DNA of 63,978 bases, the filler included, from Octopus bimaculoides (Eukaryota), in the NCBI RefSeq assembly GCF_001194135.2. It is 5 parts of 4 records of this genome, joined end to end, with 100 filler letters (N's around TTAATTAATTAA, not from the genome) between each part and the next. Parts side by side here need not be neighbours in the genome. Positions count along the whole stretch, not along the records: positions 1 to 20,811 come from NC_069004.1; positions 20,912 to 43,126 come from NC_068984.1; 3 more parts are not named here. One strand, given 5' to 3'. This document shows positions 12,050 through 23,975 of the stretch, one piece after another. The notes under the pieces are model-generated. The model was not told the DNA's origin and did no database searches. It worked only from the letters and a program-made list of their open reading frames with translations. Every line of letters begins with the position of its first letter. Positions within the stretch are counted from its first letter, which is position 1. The position numbers were made by a program, and so were the translations under genes.

Positions 12050-14980
12050 CAGTGCACAAAAATGGAAAATTCCAAACATTGAAGTCTGGATTGCTGACCA
12101 GCTCAAACCCAATCCCTGTCTTCGTCCTAACCAATCCCCACCTAAACAACTTTCATTTTGATTCTGAGGTGAAAGCTACTGATTTTTAAAAAAGATTTTA
12201 CCACCATTTGTGTGGACTGTGCAGGCTGAAGAAAAAAAGGTGGTGTCACCATTTCTTCCATGATTCCCTTAGCGCCATGTAAAGGATGTATTTTCCTATG
12301 GCTACTGAAAATCAGTGTCTATGTGCCACAATACCAATGTTGTATATGGCTATAATTCTATAGTATATAAACTTGGCTGTTGTTGGTCTCTATAGATCTC
12401 TTTAGACATCTCTATTTTGCTTTGAAGAGTGTGCCTCCAGAAAATTAAACTTTTCATCCAACAATGCAACTCTGGCAATAATGTTGGATGACTTTAACCT
12501 TTCTCTTTGTGGATTGGTTTTTGAATACCTTGAAACCATGAGTTTGCATCTCAACCCCAAACGAAGTAGTACTAAATACACTATTTAAGTTTATAAATGA
12601 TTTTTTGTTCCTGTCCCAATTGTACTTGAGCCAACAAGATACAACAAAAATGTCTTGGACCTCAAGTTTAGCAATCACACCATCACGGTTCATAATATTA
12701 GAATCGAAAAAAAACCATGACATAGTACTTTGTAGCTTTGTATTTCATGATCCTAAGATTAGACCAAAATCACTGATCCCAGTGCACCAATTTGACAACA
12801 TGGACCTATGTAAAGGAACTGGAGTGCAGTCACATAACTAATCCTTCAACCTCACTTCCTCTGATGTCAAAGTGACTTGGCAGTTATTTGAGGACCGACT
12901 GTCTCTCATATATGCCCTAACCCGATCAACCAACAATGATGGATGCAGGCTCCCAAGTGAGAGAAAAATTAATTGCAAAAATAAAGAGAATCCACACAAA
13001 AAAGAACAATTTGTTTAAAATATAACCAACAGCAGTAGCAGCATCCCATCTCAAGAGTATGAAGTATGATGAAGTCAAAGAAATGCAACACCTCCAGTTC
13101 TACAGGAGGTCTTTCATTGATAACCAAAAGGATACTGAAGAAGGCTGGACTCCAACCACCACTGACCAATAAAAACATCTTTCAAAAATATGATGGAGAT
13201 TCTCCAGAAGCAATACTGTCCTATCTTCAGTGTTCCTGTTGTGGATGACTGGGGCAGTATTGTTGAAATAAATCCTTGAAATATCCTCCCTGACATAACT
13301 CTCGGAACTGTGGACATCATCATTGAAGCAATGAATATAATGAAACCAAATTCAGCAGTTGGCCCTGACAAATTCCCCAGTTGGCCCTGACAAATTCCCC
13401 ATTAATGACCTGATGGAGTGCAAACATCAACTTGTATCTCCTCTAGCTAATCTCTGGAGGAAGCTGCAGGAAAAGGGTTTTATTTCTGAACATTTTCTGT
13501 CCAAGTCTGTCATTCCACTGGGTTTTTTTTGGGNNNNNNNNNNNNNNNNNNNNNNNNNNNNNNNNNNNNNNNNNNNNNNNNNNNNNNNNNNNNNNNNNNN
13601 NNNNNNNNNNNNNNNNNNNNNNNNNNNNNNNNNNNNNNNNNNNNNAATAAGTCATTCACAGGGAATTACCATCCTGTCTTACTAACAATCTTTCAAACCA
13701 TCAAAATATTAGAGAGAGTGGTGAGATCAAAAATAACTGCTTTCCCAGAGAGAAATCAGCTTCCTCGTCTCAACCAGTAACGATTGCCTAACACAGTTAT
13801 TCTGCCACTTCTGGCATCCTAAATGCTCTGGTAGAAGACTATAACACAAATGTTATATATCTTGACTTCAGTAAAGGTTTCCACACAGTCAACCACAAAT
13901 TCTGCTGATATTATCCAAGATCAGTCTGTGGTAGGTCACTGCTGTGGATTAAATCTTTACTGACAAACAGAACCCAAAGTTATGATCAATGGAATTTACT
14001 GAGAATCAGCAAAACGTCAAGAGTGGTATCCCCCAGGGTTCTGTGTTAGGCCATCTTTTGTTTATTATTTACATAAACGAAATAGCAAATGTCATCAAAT
14101 ATAGTGAAATAAAAATCTTTGCAGATAATTGTAAGCTGCAGAAAGTCATGAAGGAGCATGTGACCAAACAGAACTCTAGTGTGATCCAAATGCTGCAATT
14201 CAATGAGCAAAACAATAAATAAATAAAATAACCTGAACAAAAACAGAAAGAAAAAAAAACATGCTGCTAAATAGGGAAAGGTTTGAGTTAATCCATTTTA
14301 GAAAAGAGATAATCAAGCATATTCTCTTCCTTGGATAACATCAGATAATACCAAGACTCAAGGGTAGATAACAACCCAGATTGGAGTACACACGTCTATG
14401 ATGAAGTTGATATGATCCACAGAATGTTCCTATCGATCCTTAGAACTATCCAGTCCAGAGATCCTTCTCTTCTCTACATTTGCCAGGTATTACCTTGCAT
14501 ACTGTTGTCCCCCGTAGTCTCCCTTCACAAAACATAATGAGAATTGATACACCTCAGAGACTGATCACAATTAAAAGAATAATGAATAACATGACAGGCC
14601 TCGACTATTGGAATCACCTCGAAAAGCTCAAACTTCTTTTTTATCCAGTGCCACCATGGGCAGTCCATCATTTCTGAAAAAAATATTCCAAGTCACCTAA
14701 AGTTTGGCCCCAGAGCCATACATGCCCCCAGTGAAAATTGAGCTCAAATCTTATAACATTGCAACAAAGCTGCTTTTTTTTTTTTTCTTTTTTTCTTTTT
14801 TCACTTCAACTGCTCCTGCTGTATTCAATGTTATTCTGAAAGAAATCAATGAAGAAAAAGATTCAAACAGAACTTGGACAAATTCCTCCAAGAACTACCA
14901 GACAAACCACCAACACCCACATACATCACACCAAGCAACAACTCCTTACCTGAGTGGGCTGTGGTGTTTTAAAACATGAC
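12050..14980 (+). mobile_element. Decayed APE-type non-LTR retrotransposon (CR1/L2/Jockey group) ORF2: endonuclease plus reverse transcriptase
   Basis: Fragments IMLDDFN (endonuclease GDFN), MKPNSAVGPDKFP, NYHPVLLTIFQTIKILERVV, IYLDFSKGFHTVNH, SGIPQGSVLGHLLFIIYINE...KIFADNCKL. Many stops and frameshifts. Confidence 0.9.
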
Positions 14981-15184
14981 TAAAAAAAACAACTCCGAAG
15001 TTAAACATGGACTGGGCCCNNNNNNNNNNNNNNNNNNNNNNNNNNNNNNNNNNNNNNNNNNNNNNNNNNNNNNNATATATATATATATATAAATAATATC
15101 ATGTGTCTGTGAGTGTATATATTATATATATATGTGCGTGTATGTGTACATATATACATATGTGTGCGTGTATGTATGTGACAG

Positions 15185-15460
15185 TGCTTAGCCTGGTGGT
15201 TAAAGGTGTTCAGTCCACAAGCATAGTGGCATGGTTTCAATTCCTGGACCAGGCAGCACATTGTGTTCTTGAGCAAGCCACTTCATTTCGCATTGCTCCA
15301 GTTTCCTTAGCTGCAAATGAGAACCCCCCCCCCCCGAGTACCAGGGCAGGTCTTTCTCTCTCCTTTAACATGTCACATCCTGAATGTGGAATGTCAAAGG
15401 ACGACGGCATTCAAGAAGGGGGTCTCTGTCTGCCTTGTAACTACACTGGCACCTTAAACG
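15185..15460 (+). mobile_element. SINE family D-related copy
   Basis: GCCTGGTGGTTAAAGG...GGTTTCAATTCCTGG...TTGTGTTCTTGAGCAAG head. Confidence 0.65.
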
Positions 15461-15830
15461 ATTGACAAAAGCATGGTACATGTCACCAACCCGTACTCAT
15501 TTGCAAGGGACAGCTCGTAACATAATATATATTGTGTATATATATATATTATGTATGCATTTATCATTTCAAATCCTTACGAAAGGAGCTTTTCTACTGA
15601 ACTTGAATTTAAAAAAAAAAAAAGATCTTTTTGTAGATTAAGAAATCTTTATGGAAAATTCTAATTCTTTTAGAGTTTTTTTTTTTCTCTTTTAATTTTT
15701 TAAAAAACTTTGCAGAAATATTTTAACAGAATTCTTCCTTTTCAAAGTTTCTAACAGTTTCTCTTTTTCTTCCTTTTTTTTTGTTTCTTCTTCCTTCAAA
15801 CATTGTTGCCATTCCTGGTGTCTGGTACAG

Positions 15831-15974
15831 GAATCCTAACTGGTCTCCTCATCAACCGATTCCCATGTGGGTTAATTATCGTCTTTGGTTCCCTCATGAT
15901 GGCCGGTGGAATCATTGCCAGTTCCTTTGCCTCCAACATTATCTCCCTTATTGTCACTCTCGGCATTTTTTCTG
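15831..15974 (+). CDS. SLC16: Internal exon of an SLC16/monocarboxylate transporter-like MFS protein (TM3-TM4 region)
   Basis: Polypyrimidine tract then TACAG|G (first AG after the tract); ends TCT G|GTAAGT. 144 nt, phase 1/1. Translates (G)ILTGLLINRFPCGLIIVFGSLMMAGGIIASSFASNIISLIVTLGIFS(G), matching the MCT motif G..L.NRFG.R....G.....G....SF. A 144-nt phase-1 exon at this position is also known from human SLC16A1. Family-level call only. Confidence 0.9.
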
Positions 15975-15989
15975 GTAAGTAACAATTTC

Positions 15990-17105
15990 TTCTTTTCTTG
16001 GATTTTTCTCTCTCTCTCACATGCTCTTTCTCTTCTTCTCTCATATTCCCTCTCTTTCCCTCCCTCTTCCATTCCCTCTCTCCCTCTCTCTTTCTTCCAT
16101 CCCCTCTCTCCCTCTTTGTCTCATTCCTTTCTCTCATTCTCCTTTCCCCATTCCGTCTCTCTCTCTCTCTCTCCATTTCTTCTCACATTCCTTTTCTCCT
16201 CTTTCTCTCCCTCTCTTCCCTCCATTCCTTTTCTCCCTCTCTTTTCCTTTCTTTCCCCATTCCCTCTTTCTCATTCCTTTTCTCCCTCTCTTTCTCATTC
16301 TTTTCTTTCCTCCTTTCCCCAGTTTCTCCCTCTCTCTCTCTCTCTCTTTCCCCGTTCCCTCTCTCTCATTCATTTTCTCCTTCTCTTTACCTTTTTTACC
16401 CCATTCCCTCTCTCTCTCTCTCTCATTCATTTTCTCCCTCTCTTTCCCTTTTCACTCTCTCTCTCATTCCTTTTCTCCATCTTTCTCTCCTTCTCTTTCC
16501 CCTTACACACTCTCTCTCTCTTTCTCATTCTTTTCTTTCCTCCTTCCCCCATTGTCTCTCTCTCTCTTTCCCCATTCCCTCTCTCTCATTCATTTTCTCC
16601 TTCTCTTTACCTTTTTTACCCCATTCCCTCTCTCTCTCTCATTCCTTTTCTCCATCTTTCTCTCCTTCTCTTTCCCCTTACACACTCTCTCTCTCTTTCT
16701 CATTCTTTTCTTTCCTCCTTCCCCCATTGTCTCTCTCTCTCTTCCCTCCATTCCCTCTCTCACTGTTTCCTCTCTCTCTCATTCATTTTCTCCCTCTCTT
16801 TCCCTTTTCACTCTCTCTCTCTCATTCCTTTTCTCCATCTTTCTCTCCTTCTCTTTCCCCATTCCCTCTCTTTCCCCTTACACACACACACACTCTCTCT
16901 CTCTCTCTCTCATTCCTTTTCTCCCTCTCTTTTCCTTTCTTTCCCCATTCCCTCTTTCTCATTCCTTTTCTCCCTCTCTTTCTCATTCTTTTCTTTCCTC
17001 CTTCCCCCATTGTCTCTCTCTCTCTCTTCCCTCCATTCCCTCTTCCTCATCTCTTTTCTCCCTCTCTTGCCCTTTTCACTCTCCCTCTCTATATCTCTCT
17101 CCCCT
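15990..17105. repeat. 1.1 kb polypyrimidine higher-order minisatellite in the SLC16 intron
   Basis: The block TTCTCATTCTTTTCTTTCCTCCTTCCCCCATTGTCTCTCTC recurs near 16520, 16700 and 16980. Confidence 0.92.
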
Positions 17106-17392
17106 CATTATTTTATTCTGATGCTATTGTTTTGCATGAGCTGCTCTCTGAAATAAGCCAACCAATACTTAAAAATTCCTCAGCTGTAACCACCCAACTA
17201 TATTTGAAACAATATCTTAATAAGACTAACTTATCCAATGCTGTTTCTTTTAAAAAGCCAATAAGTAATGTTCAAGAGAGATTTTACTATTATTTCTAGC
17301 AAGTTGCGTGATTGTACTAGACCTCTTTCATTGACTTGTTTTGGATTGTGCACTTTTATTCCAGAAACTTCTTTTGAATTTCTTGGTTTTAA

Positions 17393-17598
17393 CCCTTTAC
17401 CATTCAGATTATTCCATCAAATGCAATTCTTACTTATTTACATTGTTTTGAATTAAGCATACATTATCTTATAGCTTTGAGATTCCAACAAAGGGATTGT
17501 TTACATTTAGAATGACATAATAGGGTAGGCATGAGAGGCCAGTTCAATGATAAAACAGAATATTTTGTGTGGAAATGGCTGGTTTAAATGCTAAAGGG
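17393..17598. mobile_element. piggyBac-like MITE (206 bp) with TTAA TSD
   Basis: TTAA-CCCTTTACCATT ... AATGCTAAAGGG-TTAA; TIRs match at 11 of 12. Confidence 0.78.
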
Positions 17599-17676
17599 TT
17601 AAACAGGCATATATAGCATTGTAATAGTTTTATAGAACTTGAGAAGAACTGCCACGCCTAGTGAAATCATAATCAT

Positions 17677-17848
17677 GGCCATTGTCAGTGTCATGTATGG
17701 CACCAATGAAATCACAGTAGTGGCCATTGCCTGTGTCATGTAAATGGCACCAATGAAATCACAGTTGTGGCCATTGCCTGTGTCATATAAATGGCACCGA
17801 TGAAATCACAGTTGTGGCCATTGCCTGTGTCATGTAAATGGCAACCAT
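17677..17848 (+). repeat. 47-bp minisatellite (~3.7 copies) inside a SINE family C copy
   Basis: Unit GGCCATTGCCTGTGTCATGTAAATGGCACCAATGAAATCACAGTTGT starting at 17677, 17722, 17769 and 17816. Confidence 0.92.
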
Positions 17849-17849
17849 G

Positions 17850-18033
17850 CCAATGGCATATAAAAAGTTTCCATTACACTCTTGGAGTGGTTGGTGTTAG
17901 GAAGTACATCCAGCTGTAGAAACCAGGCCAAATCAGACTGAACTTTGGTGCAGCTCTCTGGCTTGCCAGTTCCAGTCAAACCATCTAACCCATGCCAGCA
18001 TGGAAAGCAGATTATGATGATGATGATGATGAC
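17850..18033 (+). mobile_element. SINE family C 3' part with (GAT)n tail, ending ~70 nt before the SLC16 acceptor
   Basis: CATCCAGCTGTAGAAAC...AACCCATGCCAGCATGGAAAGC...GATGATGAT; homologous to 20491-20712. Confidence 0.8.
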
Positions 18034-18102
18034 AACAAAATTCTTCTAAATATGAATTCTAATCTAATGCATGTCTTTTACTTTCTCTAATCTTTGAAAC
18101 AG

Positions 18103-18903
18103 GTATTGGTGGCAGTTTTATCTTCATTTCCTCGTTCATTGGAACCGGATTATATTTCGGTCAGAGAGGCTCGTATGCCATTGCTATTGTATCCGTGTCT
18201 GTTCCTCTAGGATTTCTACTCTACCCACTTCTTGCGACAGTGCTCATTTCAGAATTCACTTGGCGTGGTGCCATGCTAATCCTTGGTGGCATTTCTTTGA
18301 ACAGTGTACCTTTTGGAATTATCATTTGGCGGGTAAAACTAAGAGTAAAGAATGAAGAAACAGTTTTGGATGTTAAAGCAAGCTCGATTGATGATTTTGG
18401 CAGCGTCCTCTCCATCCACAAAAATGACATCACTTTGAAGTTATGTAAAGACATCTTCTCAGACAAGAAATTTTGGGTGTTCCTACTTGGAATCACCATG
18501 TTATTTTCTCTGGTGACTCTGATCTTCAATCAACTGACTGATTTCTGTATAGAACTTGGCTATAAATCAGTTGCAAGCATGGCTTTGACCTTCTTCAACA
18601 TCCCATCATTCTTTGGACGTGTCAGCTGCAGTCTGTTGCTCCGATTTACAAAAATCACTTCACCCGTCGTCTTTGCCGTAACCCTCACTTTGTTTGGATT
18701 AACAGTGTCGCTGGTGTCAGTTGCATACAATTTCCAAAGCATCATCGCCATAATTACCATAGCAGGTTTCTTCCAAGCACCTGCCACTGGTATCTACACA
18801 TGTGTCATCATTGACATTTTAGGATTTCAAAGAGCTGCAATGGCTCAAGGTATAACAGACACCACCTACGGATTAACAACGATCCTCGTTGGATATATAG
18901 CAG
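18103..18903 (+). CDS. SLC16: Long internal exon of the same SLC16/MCT-like transporter (end of TM4 to about TM11)
   Basis: Acceptor TTTGAAACAG|GT, donor GCA G|GTAAGT, 801 nt open frame, phase 1/1, joins in frame to 15974. Translates GIGGSFIFISSFIGTGLYFGQRGSYAIAIVSVSVPLGFLLYPLLATVLISEFTWRGAMLILGGISLNSVPFG...FFGRVSC...LGFQRAAMAQG...VGYIA(G), with MCT-type YF..R, WRGA.LI.GG..LN and GR motifs. Family-level call only. Confidence 0.93.
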
Positions 18904-20039
18904 GTAAGTGTATAATTTATGCATCTAACTTTATATACATTACTTTCACCTGACACTCGTTGCACATCCTTCACTAAATATGTCTCACATGACAATAGTG
19001 CTTGTCTATACTAAACATACAGCACTGCTCTCTCTCCATTCCCACGCTGGTTCCCCAACCGCATTCCCTTTCTCCTCCTTCCCCTTTGTTGGAAGATCCT
19101 ACGTGCCTTCCATTGTCTAACTAGATCCCCCACCCTCCNNNNNNNNNNNNNNNNNNNNNNNNNNNNNNNNNNNNNNNNNNNNNNNNNNNNNNNNNNNNNN
19201 NNNNNNNNNNNNNNNNNNNNNNNNNNNNNNNNNNNNNNNNNNNNNNNNNNNNNNNNNNNNNNNNNNNNNNNNNNNNNNNNNNNNNNNNNNNNNNNNNNNN
19301 NNNNNNNNNNNNNNNNNNNNNNNNNNNNNNNNNNNNNNNNNNNNNNNNNNNNNNNNNNNNNNNNNNNNNNNNNNNNNNNNNNNNNNNNNNNNNNNNNNNN
19401 NNNNNNNNNNNNNNNNNNNNNNNNNNNNNNNNNNNNNNNNNNNNNNNNNNNNNNNNNNNNNNNNNNNNNNNNNNNNNNNNNNNNNNNNNNNNNNNNNNNN
19501 NNNNNNNNNNNNNNNNNNNNNNNNNNNNNNNNNNNNNNNNNNNNNNNNNNNNNNNNNNNNNNNNNNNNNNNNNNNNNNNNNNNNNCTCAACCCTCCCTCC
19601 TTCCAGTGACATCTTCCGCACATCTTTTTAAAAACATCTTTATTTTATTTTATTTGTTTTATTTAATTTTTAATTTCTATTTTCAAGTTTTATTCTTCAG
19701 TTTCTATCTATCTCACACACGCACCAATACACATAACATGAACACAACCCGCCACCTAATATACAGACATGTACGCTACACACATACACTTTCACTTATC
19801 CAAACACACATGCACATATATATATATGCGCTCTCACACTCATACACACACACATATATACATGCTCAAACATATGCATACCCACACACATTCATATGCA
19901 CTCCCTCAAGCACATACATACAAATAACAGCACCAATGCACTCACACACTTGTCATCTTGCCCCCTCACAACCCATCACACACCACATGCTCACACACAC
20001 ATACGCCCTCACACACTCATATGTACACACATTCATACT

Positions 20040-20102
<63 letters not shown>

Positions 20103-20317
20103 CTTCCCACACACGCTGATGTACGCATGCACAAAAACCCACATGCGTAGCTACACCAACACAGGCTCCACATCGCCTCTCTCTTTCATGCACACTATAT
20201 ATATATCTATATATATCTAGTTAATGATCCCCTAAGGTAAGTTCTTATGCTATATTGGTAACGGTTGCTACATCCTCTGGAAAATTATATATATGTATAT
20301 ATTTATTTCTATATGTA

Positions 20318-20374
<57 letters not shown>

Positions 20375-20490
20375 TTCTATATGTATATTTATTTATTTAT
20401 ATATATATTTATTTCTATATGTATATTTATTTATTTATATATATGTTTATTTATATATTTATTTATTTATATATATATATAAATAAAAGA

Positions 20491-20712
20491 CACCATTTCG
20501 AGCGTGGTCGTTTTCGTGCGGGTGACACGGAAAAGCACCCACTACACTCTCTGAGTGGTTGGCGTTAGGAAGGGCATCCAGCTGTAGAAACTCTTCCAAA
20601 TTAGATTGGAGCCTGGTGTTGCCATCCGGTTTCACCAGTCCTCAGTCAAATCGTCCAACCCATGTTAGCATGGAAACCGGACGTTAAACGATGATGATGA
20701 TGATGATGATGA
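20491..20712 (+). mobile_element. SINE family C 3' part with (GAT)n tail
   Basis: GGAGTGGTTGGCGTTAGGAAGGGCATCCAGCTGTAGAAAC-like core, then CAACCCATGTTAGCATGGAAACCGGACGTTAAACGATGATG. Confidence 0.85.
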
Positions 20713-20780
20713 TATATATTTATTTATATATTTATATATATATATATACATATAAATATATAAATAAATATATATATATA

Positions 20781-20811
<31 letters not shown>

Positions 20812-20911
20812 NNNNNNNNNNNNNNNNNNNNNNNNNNNNNNNNNNNNNNNNNNNNTTAATTAATTAANNNNNNNNNNNNNNNNNNNNNNNNNNNNNNNNN
20901 NNNNNNNNNNN
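20812..20911. other. Assembly gap placeholder: 44 N + TTAATTAATTAA + 44 N (also at 43127-43226, 56907-57006, 62451-62550)
   Basis: An identical 100-bp cassette occurs four times; technical, not biological. Confidence 0.95.
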
Positions 20912-20942
<31 letters not shown>

Positions 20943-22028
20943 GTCTGCCTGTCTGTCCGTCTGTCTGTCTGTCCGTCTGTCTATCTATATTCATATGATT
21001 TGGATTTTCTACGTGCAGTCCACTGAAATCATACTGGTTTGCTGACCCTATTCCACTGCTTCCCAACCGATTTTTGGTCATGCGCCATCGAATCATTTCT
21101 AAAATCCTGATGCCCCCTTGTGATATTTAATTTTTGTTATTCAAAATTTGGTTAATGATTACAATATTACCCGGAAACAAAATAAGAAATAGTGCAACGG
21201 ACATAAAAAATGTGTAGAAAACGAATATTAAAAAAAATGCGCGGAAATCAACAGGAGACTTCACAAGATCCGTGTTTTTCCCTCAACTTTTAGGAAAATG
21301 TCTTTTTTGAAAATGAAATTTTATATAAATATCTTTCAACTGGCATAGATTACGATTATAAAGAAATTTGTGGGGAAATCTTTTCCGATGGGTGTGGAGA
21401 GGACTTTGGAAAATTCACAAAATCTCGGGTTTCGCCCATAACTTGGTGACAGTTTATCGTGGATAGCGTCACAAAAGCTCAATTTTTCGCCCATAACTTG
21501 GTGACAGTTTATCTTGGACAGCAGGTATAAGTCCAAATTTTAAATATTCCTCTGAATATTAACGAACTTTCTTTTACTTGCACTACTCATTTTATGTATT
21601 TTTGAATCGACATAACTACAGATTTCTGCGCCCCCTACTTTGGATGATCGTAACTTTCAGAAAAATGGATATTTTTAATGAAATTGTCTACGAATATGTG
21701 TTATATCATGTAGATTCGGAATATACAAGATCTTGGGGAGAAAGTGTTTTAGGAGGGGTTGGGGTGGGGAATTTCGGAAATTTCACCGGAGTCCATTTCA
21801 ATTCATCTTAACTTTCAAGAAAATGGATATTTATTAATGAAATTGTCTACAAATATACCTTGAGCTATGTAGATTCCGAGGACATAAGAATTTCGGGGGA
21901 AAAACAATTGAGAGTTATTTTTGAGAACTGTTCCCCACTCGCGGGTGTTTCTGAACAAGTCGTCCATATTTGTTTCTTTTTCTCCGTTTTGTGCGTTTGT
22001 GCATCCGTAAATTTCTAACACACACACA
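20912..22028. mobile_element. Possible DINE-1/Helentron-associated-like element with (TCTA)(TCTG) microsatellite and internal duplications
   Basis: (TCTA)n(TCTG)n start; TTTCGCCCATAACTTGGTGACAGTTTATC occurs twice (~21430, ~21486); AAAATGGATATTT..TAATGAAATTGTCTAC occurs twice (~21660, ~21820). The class assignment is inference. Confidence 0.35.
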
Positions 22029-22354
22029 NNNNNNNNNNNNNNNNNNNNNNNNNNNNNNNNNNNNNNNNNNNNNNNNNNNNNNNNNNNNNNNNNNNNNNNN
22101 NNNNNNNNNNNNNNNNNNNNNNNNNNNNNNNNNNNNNNNNNNNNNNNNNNNNNNNNNNNNNNNNNNNNNNNNNNNNNNNNNNNNNNNNNNNNNNNNNNNN
22201 NNNNNNNNNNNNNNNNNNNNNNNNNNNNNNNNNNNNNNNNNNNNNNNNNNNNNNNNNNNNNNNNNNNNNNNNNNNNNNNNNNNNNNNNNNNNNNNNNNNN
22301 NNNNNNNNNNNNNNNNNNNNNNNNNNNNNNNNNNNNNNNNNNNNATATATATAA

Positions 22355-22626
22355 AAACATAATTAAGGGATCAGCAAATATTTGCTTCACCATATACCGA
22401 AGTTCAGAAATACCGTATTGATGAAGGAAATTGAGTATCACTCATAATCCAGAAACGCGTCTTCAGTTAACCTTCGGAATGGTTAGTTTTCATTGTTTTT
22501 TCTTCTTGTTTTTGCCTTTGTGAGTTACAAGTGATGCTATCTGTGGGATTCTCAGCTTTTTTAGCTGCTATTTCTGAACTTCGGTATATGGTGAAGTAAA
22601 TATTTGCTGATCCCTTAATTATGTTT
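22355..22626. mobile_element. Fold-back element with 58-bp terminal inverted repeats in a (TA)n context
   Basis: AAACATAATTAAGGGATCAGCAAATATTTGCTTCACCATATACCGAAGTTCAGAAATA (22355-22412) versus the reverse complement of 22569-22626; one mismatch. Confidence 0.85.
22411..22468 (+). ncRNA. Degenerate Penelope-type minimal hammerhead ribozyme motif
   Basis: TTGATGA (core CUGANGA with C3 changed to U), stem II GGA..TGAG/CTCA..TCC, GAAA, palindromic ACGCGT, UC cleavage site; stem I only partly paired. Confidence 0.45.
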
Positions 22627-23179
22627 ATAAATATATATGAGCTTTTAAATAAGTTCTCCACCAATAATGGTGCTTACATACCGATGGGCTTGGTAAAAAT
22701 TATTATATATATATATATTATATATATGCTTATGTATGTCTATATATCATACGTGTGATATGGGCTTCCACGCAGTTTCCATTTACAATATTTTCATATG
22801 TTACTCACTAAACGTTAGTCGACTTGAGATTATATTAGCAGACACTCGTCTAAAGTACTATGGAGTAATATTCACTTCAGAATCATATGGTTATGAAGCA
22901 AACCTCTTAACCACACTGCTATACCTTCACCTGAGGACAAATAGAAAATTGACGCACCACATGTTAATTTCTGCTTATTAGATTTGCAAAGAAACAATCT
23001 GACAACTATTGCGCATATCACAATGGTGTTGATACTGGATTTTAAAATATTTGTCCCTCCATAGACTTCTTATTTTCCCTGACACTTTATAGTCTTCTAT
23101 TATCATCTGACGCCTAATACCTATTCACTGTCTTTGTCTTTGTTATGGCTTCTATATTCAGTATGGTGCTTATGTGTAA

Positions 23180-23510
23180 TCTCATGTGTGACAGCTATGT
23201 ATGTGTGGAGTGGACTGAAAGCGTTTGAAGAGGCCAGAATAACGCATGCAAGACTCAAGAGAAATTTAAAGAAGAATGTTACGATCAAGAAGGTGAATCA
23301 CAATGACCTTCTTGTGTGCACAGTTTGTGACAGACTATGCCTTTCTTTTGCTGGTCTCAAATCGCTTTTGCGAACCCATGGAAAACGAACTTCCACCAAC
23401 TATTCTGCCTATATGTGTGTGCATACCTTTCAATGCAATGAATGTTAGGCATGCAAATCTAACGACGGCCTCAAAAGACATTTTAAGATCCACAAAAATC
23501 AGAACTTAAC
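23180..23510 (+). mobile_element. RTE-clade LINE 3' end with C2H2-like knuckles
   Basis: WSGLKAFEEARITHARLKR...CTVCDRLCLSFAGLKSLLRTH and C..C...KSNDGLKRHFKIH, the FE..R...KR..RK plus zinc-finger pattern of RTE C-termini. Confidence 0.55.
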
Positions 23511-23975
23511 TGCAGGTCTTGGTGGTCCAAATCGGGTATGCAATCTATGTGAGTGTCTTTTCAAAATATCGTGTAGTTTAAAAAGCCACATCAGCTGGTT
23601 CTAAGGTGTAGGTACCGCAGGTGGTCAAACTCTGCATAAGGAGTAGACAACCACCATATGTATATATGTATGTATGTGTGTGCGTGTGTGTGTTTGTGTC
23701 TGTGTGTGTATGTGTACCTACGTGTATGTACACCCGAGCAGAAATATAAAAGTATCTCTGTATTTGCACTTTAAAACAGGCATATCATTTTTTTATATTT
23801 TGGCATAAGACCAGTAATTTTAAGGGGAAGAGAGTTAATGGAATACATCGATTCTAGTACTTGGCTTGGCTAGTACATTATTTTATCTATCTTGAATGTA
23901 ATGGAAGGCACAGTTGGTCTCGGTAGCATTTAAACTCGGAACATAAAGAGCCGGAAGACATGTGAAAGTAAATTA

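Noticed and set aside
13356-13400. 22-bp exact tandem duplication in the LINE RT
   Set aside because: A frameshifting duplication in an already dead element, possibly an assembly error; no function implied.
15906-17299. Three long overlapping ORFs (366-433 aa) rich in S/L/F/P
   Set aside because: CT-only minisatellite cannot contain stop codons; it lies inside the SLC16 intron. The same applies to 8784-9407.
17677-17848. CRISPR-like array (also considered for 10041-10747 and 29623-29731)
   Set aside because: Contiguous tandem units with no unique spacers, eukaryotic context, no cas genes.
18904-18953. C-terminus KCIIYASNFIYITFT* of the 252-aa ORF
   Set aside because: Read-through past a consensus G|GTAAGT donor into intron; the transporter still lacks its last TM segment.
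20856-20867. Recurrent TTAATTAATTAA motif (four times)
   Set aside because: Always centred in an identical 44N-12-44N cassette; an assembly placeholder.
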